A stretch of 63,994 bases of DNA, counting the filler, from Conidiobolus incongruus B7586 (taxonomy: Eukaryota), in assembly GCA_000697335.1 (NCBI GenBank). It is 44 parts of 44 records of this genome, joined end to end, with 100 filler letters (N's around TTAATTAATTAA, not from the genome) between each part and the next. Parts side by side here need not be neighbours in the genome. Positions count along the whole stretch, not along the records: positions 28,510 to 29,660 come from JNEM01001665.1; positions 29,761 to 30,860 come from JNEM01001669.1; positions 30,961 to 32,040 come from JNEM01001678.1; positions 32,141 to 33,170 come from JNEM01001704.1; positions 33,271 to 34,313 come from JNEM01001723.1; positions 34,414 to 36,444 come from JNEM01002410.1; positions 36,545 to 38,559 come from JNEM01002411.1; positions 38,660 to 40,639 come from JNEM01002412.1; 36 more parts are not named here. One strand, written 5' to 3'. A model generated the notes under the pieces. It was not told the DNA's origin and did no database searches. It saw only the letters and a list, made by a program, of their open reading frames with translations. The position numbers and the translations under genes are program-made. Positions 28,830 through 43,355 of the stretch are shown here, one piece after another (within the stretch, counting starts at the first letter, position 1; the number at the start of each line of letters is the position of its first letter).

Positions 28830-29550
28830 AAATAAATAACCTTGAATAATTTTAATTTATTCAACTTATTTTATTAATTTATTTTTTTCAGTAAATAAGA
28901 AAATAAGTAATAAAAAATTTCTAAAATTTAAAGAAATTATATTATAATAAATTTGAATCAATTTTGTTTATTTTTCATAAGTTAAAGACTTTTTATTAAT
29001 AAACTTATTATTTCAAATTACTTAGTTTTATTTTCCTTATATGAAATATTATTGGTTTTATGATATTATTATTAAGATTATATTTAACTAATATTCCTTT
29101 ATATAATTCTAATTTTTTATTAAAAACTAAAATATAAATTAGTTTTAATGATCAACTTAATTATTCTAAATGATTGGAATTTGAAAAAAATAGAGATAAA
29201 ATTTCAAATTAAAAATATGCTTAATAAGTAGATCATTAATATAAAAAATCAAAGCATTTATATAATAATTCTATTATTTAATTGTATTTATCGAAAAATG
29301 ATCTTTTTGAAAAATTATTTCAGAATATTAATTATTAATAATATTAAATTCTTTAAAAGAGTCTAATAACCTAATAATCATATGTTATTTTCTATTTATA
29401 AGTATAATAAAATATTTTATTAAGTTGTGTTAAATCAAAGTTAATTTTTTAAAAAATAATTAATATATTTAATAGGATATTTGTACTACAAAAGTTCTTT
29501 ATTCATAATTTCAAAAATTATATATAATTTTGAATAACTTGTTAAATATT
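28830..29550 (+). repeat. Unidentified repeat family E, copy 2
   Basis: Same anchors in the same order and at similar spacing as 26350-27080. Confidence 0.5.
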
Positions 29551-29760
29551 ATATTTATATTATATATATTTATCATAAGTTTCTATATTAATATAAACAT
29601 TATCAAAATTGATGATAACTAAGTAATTAAAAACAAGATTAAAAAAATAATTATTATATTNNNNNNNNNNNNNNNNNNNNNNNNNNNNNNNNNNNNNNNN
29701 NNNNTTAATTAATTAANNNNNNNNNNNNNNNNNNNNNNNNNNNNNNNNNNNNNNNNNNNN

Positions 29761-30860
29761 TTGATTAATAAAATAACTTTTTAAAATTATTTATTATATT
29801 GAATTATACTTAAAATAAACAATAACTATCAAAAGTTATTTATTTGAGTATTAATAAAGCTTAACTATAAATGATCTAAAATTATTTAAAATTTACAAAC
29901 AGTTTTTAATATTGAAACATTATTTTAATTAACAATTTATTGCTAGGTAAATTAGATTATAGATAAGACAGAAATTATATAAAACATGTTAAAATTTATA
30001 AATCTAATTTTAGCTATTATTTTTTTAATTATTAATAATAAAATATATTGAAAAAAAAACTTTTATTTCAGTAAAAGAATTTTAAGATATTTTAATATTA
30101 TTTATATTAATATTCTATATATATTATAGTTGAGATTAAAATTAATCAATAAAAATATAAAATAGGTTTCTTATAATTGAACTAAAATTTAAAAAAAAAA
30201 CTAAAGTAGTTATTGCTAAACAAAACTTACTAAGGTATAGCTAAAAACCAAGGATTTTAAAATAATTTATTATAATTGATAAATTCTGGGTTCTTTTGTA
30301 TAATCCTTTACCAAAACATAAATCAAGGTGTTATATTTAGTTGAATCAACTCCTTTTATAGATTCCTTTTAATAGATATTTTATTGATAAATAATTATTA
30401 AATATTATAATAGATTATAGTAATATATATTATTTATATTTAATTCTTAAAGGAAAATAAATTAATAGTATATTTTTTATCATTTTTTAAATAAAACTAT
30501 TTTGGATTTGTATTCTTAATATAACATAAAAGGACCAAATATTTTAAATAATAATTATATAATATATAAATTTAAAACTATAAAAAATTTTTTAATTAAA
30601 AAAACTAGAAAGAGTTATTATATTTAATATACTCTTTAGATTATAACCTATATGATTAAAATTATTTTAGGTAATTAAAAAACCAGTTTATAAAAAAGAA
30701 AATTTCTATAAAAATATTTAATTAATTTATGAAATATCAAACTTCAGTTTTTAATAAGAATAATTTTTTTAAGTATTAGATCTTAATTAAAAATATAGCA
30801 AAAACCTATTAAAAAATAAACAAATAATTAATTTTATATTAAATATTTTTTTTATTTTTT
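29761..30860 (+). mobile_element. Mariner relic, whole transposase region
   Basis: IIIIDKFWVLLYNPLPKHKSRC near 30270-30335. Confidence 0.9.
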
Positions 30861-30960
30861 NNNNNNNNNNNNNNNNNNNNNNNNNNNNNNNNNNNNNNNN
30901 NNNNTTAATTAATTAANNNNNNNNNNNNNNNNNNNNNNNNNNNNNNNNNNNNNNNNNNNN

Positions 30961-32040
30961 AGATTTAATATTCAAAAAAAAATAGTTTTTTTTATTAATG
31001 AATTAAATTTAAAATTTTACAAACTAATTAAATTTTCTTAATAAAATTCTTTTTCTTATAAACTAGTTTTTTAATTTCCTAAAACAATTATAATCACATA
31101 GGTTATAATTAAAGGAATTTATTAAATATGGTAGTTATTTGCAATGATTTTTTATTAGAAACTTTTTTATAACTTTAGATTTATGTATTTTATAACTATA
31201 ATACAAAATAATAGGTTCCTCTAAATTTATTAAGAATACCAATTAAAAATAGAATTATCTAAAAATAAATATAAATTATACCATTAGTTGATATTCTTTT
31301 AAAAACTAAATAAAAATAGCATATGTTATTATGATTTATTATAATAATTAATATTTATTTATCATCAAAATATTTATTTTAAGGAATATATAAAGAGGGT
31401 TGATTTAGTTTAATTTAACACCTTGTTTTATGCTTTATTAATGGATTATAGTAAAAAATTTAAAATTCATGAATTATAATAATTTGTTATAAAAGTTTTG
31501 GTTTTTAACTATATTTTAGTAAGTTTTATTTAGCAATAGCTGCTTTAGTTTTTTTAAGGATTAATTAAATTATAAGTTATTTATTTTATATTTTTATTAA
31601 TTAATTTTAGTTTATATTTTAATATATATAAAATACTTATATAACTAATATTAAAGTACTTTGATAATTCTTTAACTAAAATAAAAAAACATTTTTTAAT
31701 ATTTTTTTTATTTTATTAATAATTAAAAATGTGACAATTAAAATTAATTTTTTAGATTTTAATAAGTTGAAAATAATTTTTTCTTAATTTTAAAATAATT
31801 TACCTAGTGATAAATTATTGATTGAAATAATTCTTTATTATAAGCTATTTATAAATTTTAAATGATTTTAAAGGATTTATGGTTAAGTTTTAATAATACT
31901 AAAATAAATACTTTTGATGGTAATTATTTGGTTTAAATATAATTAAATTAAATAACCAATTTTAAAAAATTATATTTTTAATCAAAAAAATTATTATATA
32001 TATATATAAAATTCAATATTATTTATTTTTTTATTTACTT
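30961..32040 (-). mobile_element. Mariner relic
   Basis: Collinear with 24969-26097; YNLCDYNC near 31085-31110. Confidence 0.9.
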
Positions 32041-33299
32041 NNNNNNNNNNNNNNNNNNNNNNNNNNNNNNNNNNNNNNNNNNNNTTAATTAATTAANNNN
32101 NNNNNNNNNNNNNNNNNNNNNNNNNNNNNNNNNNNNNNNNAATAATAATAATAAAATTCAATATAGATTGAATTAAGTTAAAATTATTTGAGCTATTACA
32201 AAATATAAATTATTATGATATTATGACCTAATTTTATAATCTGTTATATATACAAAATAAAAAATATAAGATATTTTCTATTTATTTTTCAAATTATTAA
32301 ATTTTGAATTTATACCTTATTTTAAATTTCAGATTTATTTTTTAATTAATAATTGATTTATTATGATTTAAAATAATCTATTTTAATAAAATAATATATT
32401 ATAATTATATAGTCTAGTTTAAGTTAATTAATAAAAATTTGGTTAAGTTATTAATAGAAATATAAATTATTTGGACTTTATTACTTTCTTTTATAGGTTA
32501 ATATAATTTTTTTAAAGATTAAATATTTTTAATCCAAATTAAATTATTATTTTTCAATCCTAGGGTAACTTCCCAATATAAGGGAATCGAGTTTATTTAT
32601 ATACAAAAAACTCCTAAATTTATTCAAATACAGATTTAAGTTTTCAGAATAAATATAAAATAATATACAAACAATCATAAAAAATTATAAAAAATTGAAG
32701 TTACACTATTATAAAATATAATATTATAACTCAATATTAATTTAAGCAAAGAATAAAAAATAATGCTTGATTATAAATAACTCAAATTAATTTAAAACTA
32801 AATATTGATTAATATATCATTAAATAAACTGAAAATATTCATTGATTAATTAATATATATATATATAATGGTTATTATATAAGGTTAATTTATTTTTATT
32901 TATAATTTTGAATTTTTTATATTATTTCTTATAATATGAAATATTACAAAAGTTAGTTAATTTATAATATATTAAGCTTGGCGATATTAAATATATTTAG
33001 ATATATAAATAATCTTCAAATATTTTCCAATTTCAATATATAATCACAATATATAATTAAATATAATTTTATCAATATTAATAAATCAAGATTTTTCTGA
33101 TATTATTTCAATAGTATTATTATTGGTCAAATTATATATTATATAATTTTGCAATTTAATCTCTAAATAANNNNNNNNNNNNNNNNNNNNNNNNNNNNNN
33201 NNNNNNNNNNNNNNTTAATTAATTAANNNNNNNNNNNNNNNNNNNNNNNNNNNNNNNNNNNNNNNNNNNNCTTATAATATAAATATAATACTTTATTAT

Positions 33300-33700
33300 C
33301 TTTAATAATCTTTATAATAATATTTATTTCTTAATTATATAATAGCTAAAAAGGAAATATATTTGTTTAAAAGTAAAGAGTAGTTTATAATATTAATATT
33401 ATAATTAAAACTTATTTGTCATATATTTTTATTTATAGTTATTATTTTCTTTATAATTTTCTTAAATATATTAATATTCCTCTTTATCTCTCTATTTATT
33501 TTTAAATAATAGGTTATAACTTTTAGTTTATTAACTTTTTAAATATTATATTATTTTTTAATATCTTTGAAAACAAAAGTAAATATATTATTTATTATTA
33601 ACTTTATTGGTAATTTAAGGCTAATAACTTATTTACCTAAGAACTTCTTGATTATTATTTTATTTAACTTATATATTAACATTATTTTTATTTATTTTGT
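33300..33700 (-). pseudogene. Retrotransposon integrase core (rve) relic
   Basis: Minus strand LKLPIKLIINNIFTF (GLP.KLVTDNA..F) and TYYLKINREIKRNINIFKK (AYHPEANGEVERNIGTFKK). Confidence 0.65.
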
Positions 33701-33986
33701 CAAATAATCAATTTAAATAAAAAATTTACTTTTTATATTATAAATCTTTTAAAGTCTTTAAAGTCTAATTATATTATTTATATTAATTAATATATAGTTA
33801 TAAATTTAAATAATTTTTATATTAATTTATTATTGAATTTATAATATTATTCATAAATTTTTATTATTTTATTATTATTATTTTATTTATTTAACTATTT
33901 GAAATTAAATATTATTATTAAATATAATTTATAAACTTTATAATTACATTTTAATATTTAATGATATTATTTTAATATTTTTATAT

Positions 33987-34313
33987 TATAAGCATAGTAG
34001 TAAAAGGTTACTAATATAATATAGAGGAAGACTTGATATAGGGGTAATATGGTACAAAATATAGTAATATAATATGGAATATAGTGTGAAAATATAAACA
34101 AAGTTTAATTAAGCTTCAAATTGGGATAAGTCACTGATATATTAGGATTTATATTAGATAGTGCTAATATGTTTTAATATTGACCAAATATAGTCTCAAT
34201 CTTAAAAATAATATAAAAAATAAAAAATAATAAAAATTGAGAGAAAAAAAACTTAGTTTATTAGACAATTTAATATTATTTATATAATTAATTTAGTTAT
34301 AAAAGTATAAATT
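33987..34313 (-). repeat. Family D LTR, truncated by the contig end
   Basis: TATAAGCATAGTAG...AAACAAAGTTTAATTAAGCTT...AGTCACTGATATATTAGG aligns with 22984-23383. Confidence 0.88.
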
Positions 34314-34805
34314 NNNNNNNNNNNNNNNNNNNNNNNNNNNNNNNNNNNNNNNNNNNNTTAATTAATTAANNNNNNNNNNNNNNNNNNNNNNNNNNNNNNN
34401 NNNNNNNNNNNNNTATTAATCAAAAAACTAATTAAAATTAATTAAATATAGTTTATTTTAATTATATAATTTAATTTGAATTAAATTAATTAATAATTTT
34501 TTAAGTTAAAAGTAAATATATAATTAATTTTAATTTAATGACTAATTTTAATAAAATGGTAAATATTATAAGTTAATTTGATAAAAATAATTAAATATAA
34601 TGAGATAGAAAAAATATTATGATATAATTAAATATATTAATTAAAGTGATAGAAAAATAATATAAATATATAAATGAGTATAAGAAAATAAAAAATATTC
34701 TAAAAGAAAATAAAAAATTTAAAAAATAATAGATTAATGAAAAATATCATGGTTTTTTATAAATTTTATGTTTTAATTTTAATATTGGAAAACCCTCCTT
34801 AATAA

Positions 34806-34879
34806 GCTTCCATGGCGCAATTGGCTAGCGCGTCCGACTGTTAATCGGGAGGTTGGTGGTTCAAGCCCACCTGGGAGCG
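34806..34879 (+). tRNA. tRNA-Asn (GTT), eukaryotic, intronless, no encoded CCA
   Basis: Acceptor stem GCTTCCA/TGGGAGC; D arm GCGC/GCGC; anticodon arm TCCGA-CTGTTAA-TCGGG (GTT at 34840-34842); T arm GGTGG-TTCAAGC-CCACC; TTTTT Pol III terminator at 34886-34890. Confidence 0.97.
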
Positions 34880-34999
34880 TTTAGATTTTTATTTTCATTT
34901 ATTCAAAATTTCTTACATTTAATTCACTTAATAACATAATTTATTATTTTTATTTTTTAATAAAAAAATATTTTATTCAAATATACTTAGTTGGTTTGT

Positions 35000-35720
35000 G
35001 TAAGAACATTGTTTATGATACTAATTGCCAGCTCCGTCATTTCATCTCGATGGTCAGAGATATAGGTGATTATGTGCTTCATAATTTGAGAGACTAGGAG
35101 GACCAGTTGGTTTACTATAGATAGACAGTTCTGTTCATCATATATATTTAATTGTTATTAGGTAAATTGGAACGAGTGAGGGCCATGTTATAAAGTATAT
35201 AATAATGAATAAAGCAAAGAAAAGATTGTAACAGGGTTGAGTTTTATCATCTCTAGAAGAATGTGGAATAGAATCAATTGTAATGGGTAAAAGGATGGGT
35301 TTATTAACACGCTATAATAGAGGTGTTGCTCTTGGAAGTGCTGGAGTAGAAAGGAGGATAATTAGTAGTAGATGTGTAATTTTGATTAGTGTAACCAAAA
35401 ATCGAGCTTTTATGATAGAATCCAGAAGTGTGTTTAAAGGTATTTAAGAGTTTGTGGAGGCGTGGCTGCATGATGGCGTATCCTTATGATGGTTCTTAGG
35501 ACCAGTTCCTCGTTTTTGTTTATCCGAAGTAACAGGATGCGACAATTTGTTTAATAATGGAAATTATTTAATTAAATGTTATAACAATTTCTTTTTTTAA
35601 ATCATGTTCTTTAAATAACAAGGCTAATTACCCAAGTTAATCAACAAACTTCATGACTGAAGGAACCAAAATGCTTCGGTTATTATCCAAAATCTTTACT
35701 CTCATCCAGTTCTATCTAAC
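35000..35720 (-). pseudogene. GC-richer host gene remnant: possible SH3-like segment followed by a Pro/Ser/Thr-rich region
   Basis: Minus strand NWMRVKILDNNRSILVPS (SH3-like W...G.VP), then P/S/T-rich frames with stops and frameshifts. Confidence 0.35.
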
Positions 35721-37049
35721 TGATTTAACGTTAAGGTTAATAAATGTTAAAATATTAAATCATTAAGTCTATTTTTTAAATGTATAGCTTTCCTTATATG
35801 ATATATAATATAATATATTATAATAATGTTATTAATTTAAAATATATATTTGATTCCATTCAAATTTTATCTATTATCTAAATTAATTTCAAAAAAGGAT
35901 TATAGTTAAAATAATATCTAAATTCAAATTTAAAAAAATAATAAATAGATTTCAACTTTATTATAAATTAATTTTTTATATGTAATGCAAAAGTTATTAA
36001 GAACTTTAATATTATTTACTCTACTACTAATAATTTATCAAAAACATATGACATTATGCTATAAATAAGTTTATATTAATATATTGTGAATGAAAATAGT
36101 TAAAAATGACTCCCATATATTAGTTAATTAAAATTCCAATATATTTCACTTTATATTAAAGGATATAATATATGAATTGAAGTTCAAGTTGGAATAGCTT
36201 AATTTTTATTAATTAATTTTTATTAAATTTTCTTAACTAAATGAATAAATTTCTAAATATTTGAATTATTATTTAAAAAGGATATATTTAATGATAAAAA
36301 TAATTATAAAATTTGAATATTATAATAAAATATTATAATCATTATATTTATTATAATTTACTAATTTTGGATATAAAAAATTAATTATTAAATAATTGAA
36401 CCAATTTTATATATATAATCTTCAGTTTATTTTATTATATTAAANNNNNNNNNNNNNNNNNNNNNNNNNNNNNNNNNNNNNNNNNNNNTTAATTAATTAA
36501 NNNNNNNNNNNNNNNNNNNNNNNNNNNNNNNNNNNNNNNNNNNNTAAATAAATTAAAATAGTTTATAAAAATCAAATTTCAGTTTTTTAACAAAATATAA
36601 TTATTTTTAAATATTAATAATATATTAATAATATAGGAGAATATAATATATAATCTAATTATTATTAATTCTATACTGGTCACTTATTTTTATAAATTAT
36701 ATATTTATAATTATATTTAATTTTAATTTTGAAATTATATCAATTCTTAATTTTTATAATAATATTATAATTCAACTCTTATCTTTGTTTATATTCTAAT
36801 ACATAGTTCATTTCATCTAATATGATGAAATAATAGTATTTTTTGAATACTAAAATTAAATTTATATTAAATTCATTAAAACCTTTTTTCAATATAAAAT
36901 TAATCAATATTTATCTCAAATATAATATGAAATATTAATAATATGAATCAAATATTTAGACATTTATATAAGTTGAACTGTCTGGACAAAAATATTATAA
37001 ATATAACTTTTAATTCTAGATTTAACTCTTGATAAAAGAATAAAATATT

Positions 37050-37937
37050 TAATATCTTAACTATAGATATAAAATAACAAATAAAAAAACAAAATGGAAT
37101 ACTGATAATGGATATTATCCCAAAAATCTAAATAGAGATCCAGTTAATAAATAAGGTAAAGTTTGGAAGAGGTATATAGTTATCATTATTTATAATGTAA
37201 TCAATAAACTTGCTACATTGCACTCAGGCTTGACATCATCTATTACCAATTTCAAGTTGACTAAATATGGTTTATACTCAATGGATTCCTCAGGATGAAT
37301 TGGAATAAAACTATGATTATTATTCTCAATTCGGTGTATATAACAGAAGAAAAAAAACTTAATTTTTATAGATAAAGAATATATTTACACAGATGAAAAT
37401 AATAACGATAAAACCTAAAATATTAAAGATCACTTTATTAATATTTCTCCTTTATTGATGACCCCGCAAAAGTTTTTCAGATTGATACACAGTAAAAAGC
37501 CTATGAATCGTAGTATTCAATCCCAAAATGATATTACCTAATATTAGACCAATATTGATAATAATCCAAAACTTGATAGAATAACGTTTGTTGGGATAAA
37601 ATTTTCAAATATCTCAATATATAAAATTCTATTGGTTTCAAGTATATTGACCACAATCACAGTAAACATAAAAACACTGACAATATGAATCATAATTTTT
37701 TATTGCTTTGTGATTTGAATATTATAAAATAAATAGATTCTATGTTGAATGAATACCGTAAGTAATATCAATAATATATAAAATAAAAGAAACAACAGTG
37801 TTGGATCAGGATAACATCATCCTTTTAACCAGTGTATGCAAAATCAAAATGATAAAAAATATTGATAAAATAGATATCATCATTTTAATGATCCTAACTA
37901 CCAGTCCAGTAGTACCTTGGTCTGCTTCAAACTCCAT
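37050..37937 (-). pseudogene. Seven-transmembrane GPCR-like pseudogene
   Basis: ATG at 37937: MEFEADQGTTGLVVRIIKMMISILSIFFIILILHTL...IIDITYGI...DSYCQ...YSIKFWIIINIGLILGNIILG; serial hydrophobic helices, an extracellular Cys, many stops and frameshifts. Confidence 0.6.
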
Positions 37938-40900
37938 AGTAGAATTTTAATTTAATAGACTGAAATTCAACATCCTCAATATTATTTTATATAAGAAATA
38001 ACAATTGTTCTAGTTAAACAAAATATCATTCTTATATCTTGTTTATCATGAATATTTACGCTAGATATTCGATTTTTATAAACATTATTATTTTTACTCA
38101 ATAATTTTAATTTATAAATTAATTTAACTCTTTTTTAACATTAAATAAAAAAATTTAATTAATAATATATTTCAAATCTATAAAATATAATATTGATATG
38201 ATGATTATTTTAAAATATATATTTAAATTAAAATAATATCTCATAATTCAATTTATTTAATATAAAATAAATATATATTTTCTTTATTCAATATATTAAT
38301 TAGATATTCAAAATTAATTCATGTCAGGTTGATTATATCAAATATATATATAGATTCAATAATAATGAAAACTATATTCAAAACTGATCAGTTTATTTAA
38401 ATTATTTTGTTATTATAATATAATTTTGATTTTTATATTTAATCCCTTTTTTTAAGGAATATCTTGACTATATATATATATATTTTAAAAATATATCAAC
38501 TAATTTTATAGACAAAAATTATAAATATTATGAATAATATAATAAATTAATAGAATTAANNNNNNNNNNNNNNNNNNNNNNNNNNNNNNNNNNNNNNNNN
38601 NNNTTAATTAATTAANNNNNNNNNNNNNNNNNNNNNNNNNNNNNNNNNNNNNNNNNNNNTAATATTTTTATATTAAATAATTAATATTTATCACTTTTAA
38701 TTTTAATTTTAATATTATTTTATTATCTTTATTATTATAAATTCAAAATCATTTAAATTTTTAACTAATTATAAAATAATAATAATTGATATTATTGGGA
38801 TATTTATGGTAAAGGTTTATATAAAATAAAGAAGATAAAATCTAAGTTTATATTTGATTGAATAATAATAATTTATATAATTTGAATAATCCCCCCTTTT
38901 GTCTGGTATGTGGTATTTTTTAAATAAAGTGTGATTGGGTAATAATAAATAACTTAATAATTATAGGACAGGTAGAAACTGTTTGATTAGATGGTAATAG
39001 TGTAAGTGGTTAGCAATTTTGCCAACAGATATTGTATTATGGATTTAACTTAAGTTTTTTATAATTTTTTTATAAAATTTAAAATAATTTAAGATAATTC
39101 TAATGTTTTAAAAAATTATTGGATAATTTATATTAAAAAAATATTTTGAATCCAATTCAATTGAAACCTTAATATATTATGAAATAGTATGATTTTTTAT
39201 TTTAATCTATTAATACTTTTGATTAAAAATATTGTTACATCCTCTAATTTTTATCCGACTATAACTTCCAATGTGGTAAATTTGCCATGATTTAATTAAA
39301 TGGATTATTACCAATAAGTATTTCAACAAGTAATTTTGCAACCTTGCAAAAATTTCTTCTGAAAATATACGCTTGGCTTTACATAAGTAAAAGTACGGGG
39401 AATTTGGAAGGGGGAATATTTGACGCGACTATATTTTTGGTCCGTTTTATTTTTTATGATATTTGAATATTGAAAAACGCATTAAAGAATTAGACACATA
39501 AATAAAAAGGATTAATTCATGCTGAAATTTAATAATAATCAAGATAATATAAAACTGCTTGAATTTATTACCTTACTATAATTTAACACGTTTTTAAATA
39601 AAATTGCAACCTAATTACAATCGATTTTGAATAAAAAAATTAAATTAGTGGTATGATTGACATTTAACTCGGCTGATATTTAGGCTATTTTTATAAAATT
39701 TTTGTCATCTATTTCACCAGCGATATTTTGAAATGCAATACAAAATATCTTAATCAATTAATACAATTAATGAAAAATGACCACGTATTGATAACAAAAT
39801 TGTACAGTACATTTCAAGAATTTGAAATTTTTTTTCAATCTATATAATTCTTGAAAATCAATGAATTTAATTATTTTGATAATATTAATTAATCATTTAA
39901 CAATCTATGTCTATTAAAAGAAAGTTATTTAATATTCATACCAATTATATTTTGAATAAAATTTAATAATCCTATTTACCAACTTTGTTCTGTTATATCG
40001 AATTGATGAATTTATATAGTACCTAATTCATATTTTCAAATATTTTATACGTTATCTTATAATAACAACCATATCATTTAGATATAATATAATATAAAAA
40101 TAGGAAATCAATCCAATATTATGCTGGATTGATTATATTGATAATAATTCATATAGTCATATAGATAACAAAGTACATAAAACATTTTTAGATATTTTTA
40201 TACCATAAGAAAAAATAAAATATTTTATATTAAAATTTTATAATAAATATGGTGTTGTTGTACTTTGTAATATATTTTGTAAATAAAGATTGCTGTTAGA
40301 TAAGTATTTGTAATATAATTTAATAAACAAATTTATTAATTTTGCATTTTAATATATCAGATTTATATATTGACATTATTTATTATTAAGACCTTATATC
40401 AAAATATCTAAAAATCTTCCTTTTCTATTTTTTTATTTTAGGGTATAAATATTACTCTAGATTTTAAATAATAAGGTTATTGTGAAATTAAATAAAAATA
40501 AATATTTTAATATATAACTTATTAAAATATAAAATATAAAGTTAATATTTTTTATTATTAATAATTTCTTATATTTTTGGTCCACTTCTTGTACTTATAA
40601 TGTAGTTTATTTATTAAGTTTGAATTTCTATTTTTATAANNNNNNNNNNNNNNNNNNNNNNNNNNNNNNNNNNNNNNNNNNNNTTAATTAATTAANNNNN
40701 NNNNNNNNNNNNNNNNNNNNNNNNNNNNNNNNNNNNNNNAATATAGCATTTATTAAATAACAGATTAATATATAAATTAATTTTGATTTATTAGAAATAA
40801 TTAATTTTAAATATATATCAATATTAAATTTTAATTTTAAACTTGATATTAAACTGAAAATTATTTTTCCAATCAAATATTTATAAAATATAATAAAATT

Positions 40901-43355
40901 TTTCAATATCTATCTTAAAATATAATATATTAATTAAATTAAATAAATATATTGTCATTTTTTATTTAATAATTATTCAAATATTATAACCTAATAATAA
41001 ATAATTATGAATTTAAAATGAATCTCATTTAGGTTTTAATAAAAGTTGAATATAAATCCAAAAACCTTTATATTAGAATTTTAAGATATATATAAATAAT
41101 CAGCTTTAAATTTAATTTGAATAATTTGTTAAATAAAAGAAATAAAAAAATTTTATATATAACTTTAATTAAAATATAATGAAAATTAAATAAATATATA
41201 ATCTTCTTGATATAGTCCTTATGAAGAGTATTTCAATAAAACTCAAATTATTTCTAATAATTAAAAAAGTTCTGAATATATAAATAGTCGAAATCAATTC
41301 ATTTCAATTTTTGAAAATAAACAAATATTATAAATTGTTTTGAATTCAATAAATCACCAATTAATTATTTAATTTTAAAAATATCTGATAAAGTTAAATT
41401 TGAATTATTTAAAAATCTTAGATTTTGGTGACTTAATATAATTATATATTATTTATTTTAATTTTAATTTTATTTCATTAAAATATTGATTTTATATTAT
41501 ATATTTTTTTTCTCAAGGTCTTATCAATAAAATTATTTTACATCTAATATTAATTGATATTATTATTGATTATATTAACGCTAATATAAAAGCAATTTTA
41601 GTAATCAAATTAATAAACAAAAACATTATTGCCAATTTGGTTGTTCATAATGCATAAAATTAATAACTATAGCAAATAAACTATTGTTAATAAGCGACAA
41701 TAATATATTTAAAACTTTATTAAAAAATGAAAAATATATTGTTGGATAAAAGGTCTACTGACCACCATTAGTTAAACTTATGGCATCAATTCTTTTATAA
41801 TCGGTTTACCAGTTAAAAATAATATTTAGAGATAATATAGGTTTTTTATGGAATAAAACATTTGGAGTAGAATAATACATCTTTTAAGGGAACAGCCTGA
41901 TTAGGAAAAAAATAATAAGGCTAAAATGGTCAAATTGGTTAGTGCTTAGATATCGACAATAAAATTTCTCATTCTAGTCTTTGTAACATTAATATAAATT
42001 AAAGTTCAGTTTATATTTAATGATAATATCTTTCAATTCTTAAAATTTACATTTAATATATAGTTTATTAAAAATGTAAAATGAATATTAATTATTTTAT
42101 ATATACCTGACATTATATTAATAATAACATATTTTTAGCAAATACCGCAGAAAAATTTATCCATGATATTAATAATTTATATGAAGTATAGTAATCATTT
42201 AATTAACTCATTAATTAGGAAATAATATTACTACGTGATAGTATATGCTTTTGATTAAACAAACGAAAATTACAAAGTATAATATTTAATTGATTTTTAC
42301 TTTATATTTTTATTATATAAAAAGGTTGTGATATCATTTATTGATTTAAAAGCTATTATTTATTAATTAAAATACTAGATTACTTTATATTCAGAATAAT
42401 ATAAAGTTTAATTAAATGTTTAATAATTATAGTGATTTTAATATCTTATAACTAAAATAAAAAATTTATTGAAACTTAGTAAACAATAATATCTGTTTAA
42501 AAAGAAAAAATGGCAAATGCTTTAATTTCCTATTTTCAAATATATATTTTGGTTTAAAAAAATATAAATTAATTAAAATATAATAAAAATTAAATATANN
42601 NNNNNNNNNNNNNNNNNNNNNNNNNNNNNNNNNNNNNNNNNNTTAATTAATTAANNNNNNNNNNNNNNNNNNNNNNNNNNNNNNNNNNNNNNNNNNNNTA
42701 TAAATTCAAAATATATTTTAAATAAAACTAAATAATTTAAAATTTTGATTTTAATATAATATTTTTAGCTAATAAAATATTAATAAAATAAAATCAAATA
42801 ACAGAATTTATAAATATTTTTTAATAAAATTATGATTAAAAACCTAATAATCAATATATACATATGATTATTTTACCTATATATTATCTTATAACTTATA
42901 TTTTACTCAATATTATATTTGACAGTTTTATTAAATTATTATTCAAAATTTAAATTATAATTATTGAATCAAAATTGTTTTATAAACTCAAAACTAAATG
43001 AATGAATGAATGAAAATTTGATAATTTGCAATATTTCTATATCTGCAAAATTCAACCAATTGAAATGAAGTGATGGGTCAAGTCAGTGTAAATAGGATCT
43101 TCCTTATTAGTACTGAAGATGTTTCATTATAAAAATTAAAAAACTTCCCAATTAATAGGAATAAAGAACTTGTTATATAACCTAATATGACTGTATCTAT
43201 CATTTATATAACTAAAACGAAAAAAATTAAAATATTTATTGCTAAATTTAATGAGTAATAAATAAATTTTAAAACAGAATTATATATAGTTATATAATTG
43301 ATAATATAATCAATTATAAATTTTGAAAAAATAATTTGAACCGTTTAACTGAATT

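Noticed and set aside
38880..39800. Slightly GC-richer patches in contigs 38660-40639, 40740-42598 and 49200-50199 as genes
   Set aside because: Probably decayed host sequence, but I found no sustained frame or recognisable motif.
40385..40620. Possible very old Tc1 C-terminal remnant (and a possible mariner end at 55350-55620)
   Set aside because: Only short anchors that could arise by chance at this base composition.
40688..40906. ORF-track 72-aa ORF
   Set aside because: Low-complexity I/K/L/N sequence running into the N spacer.
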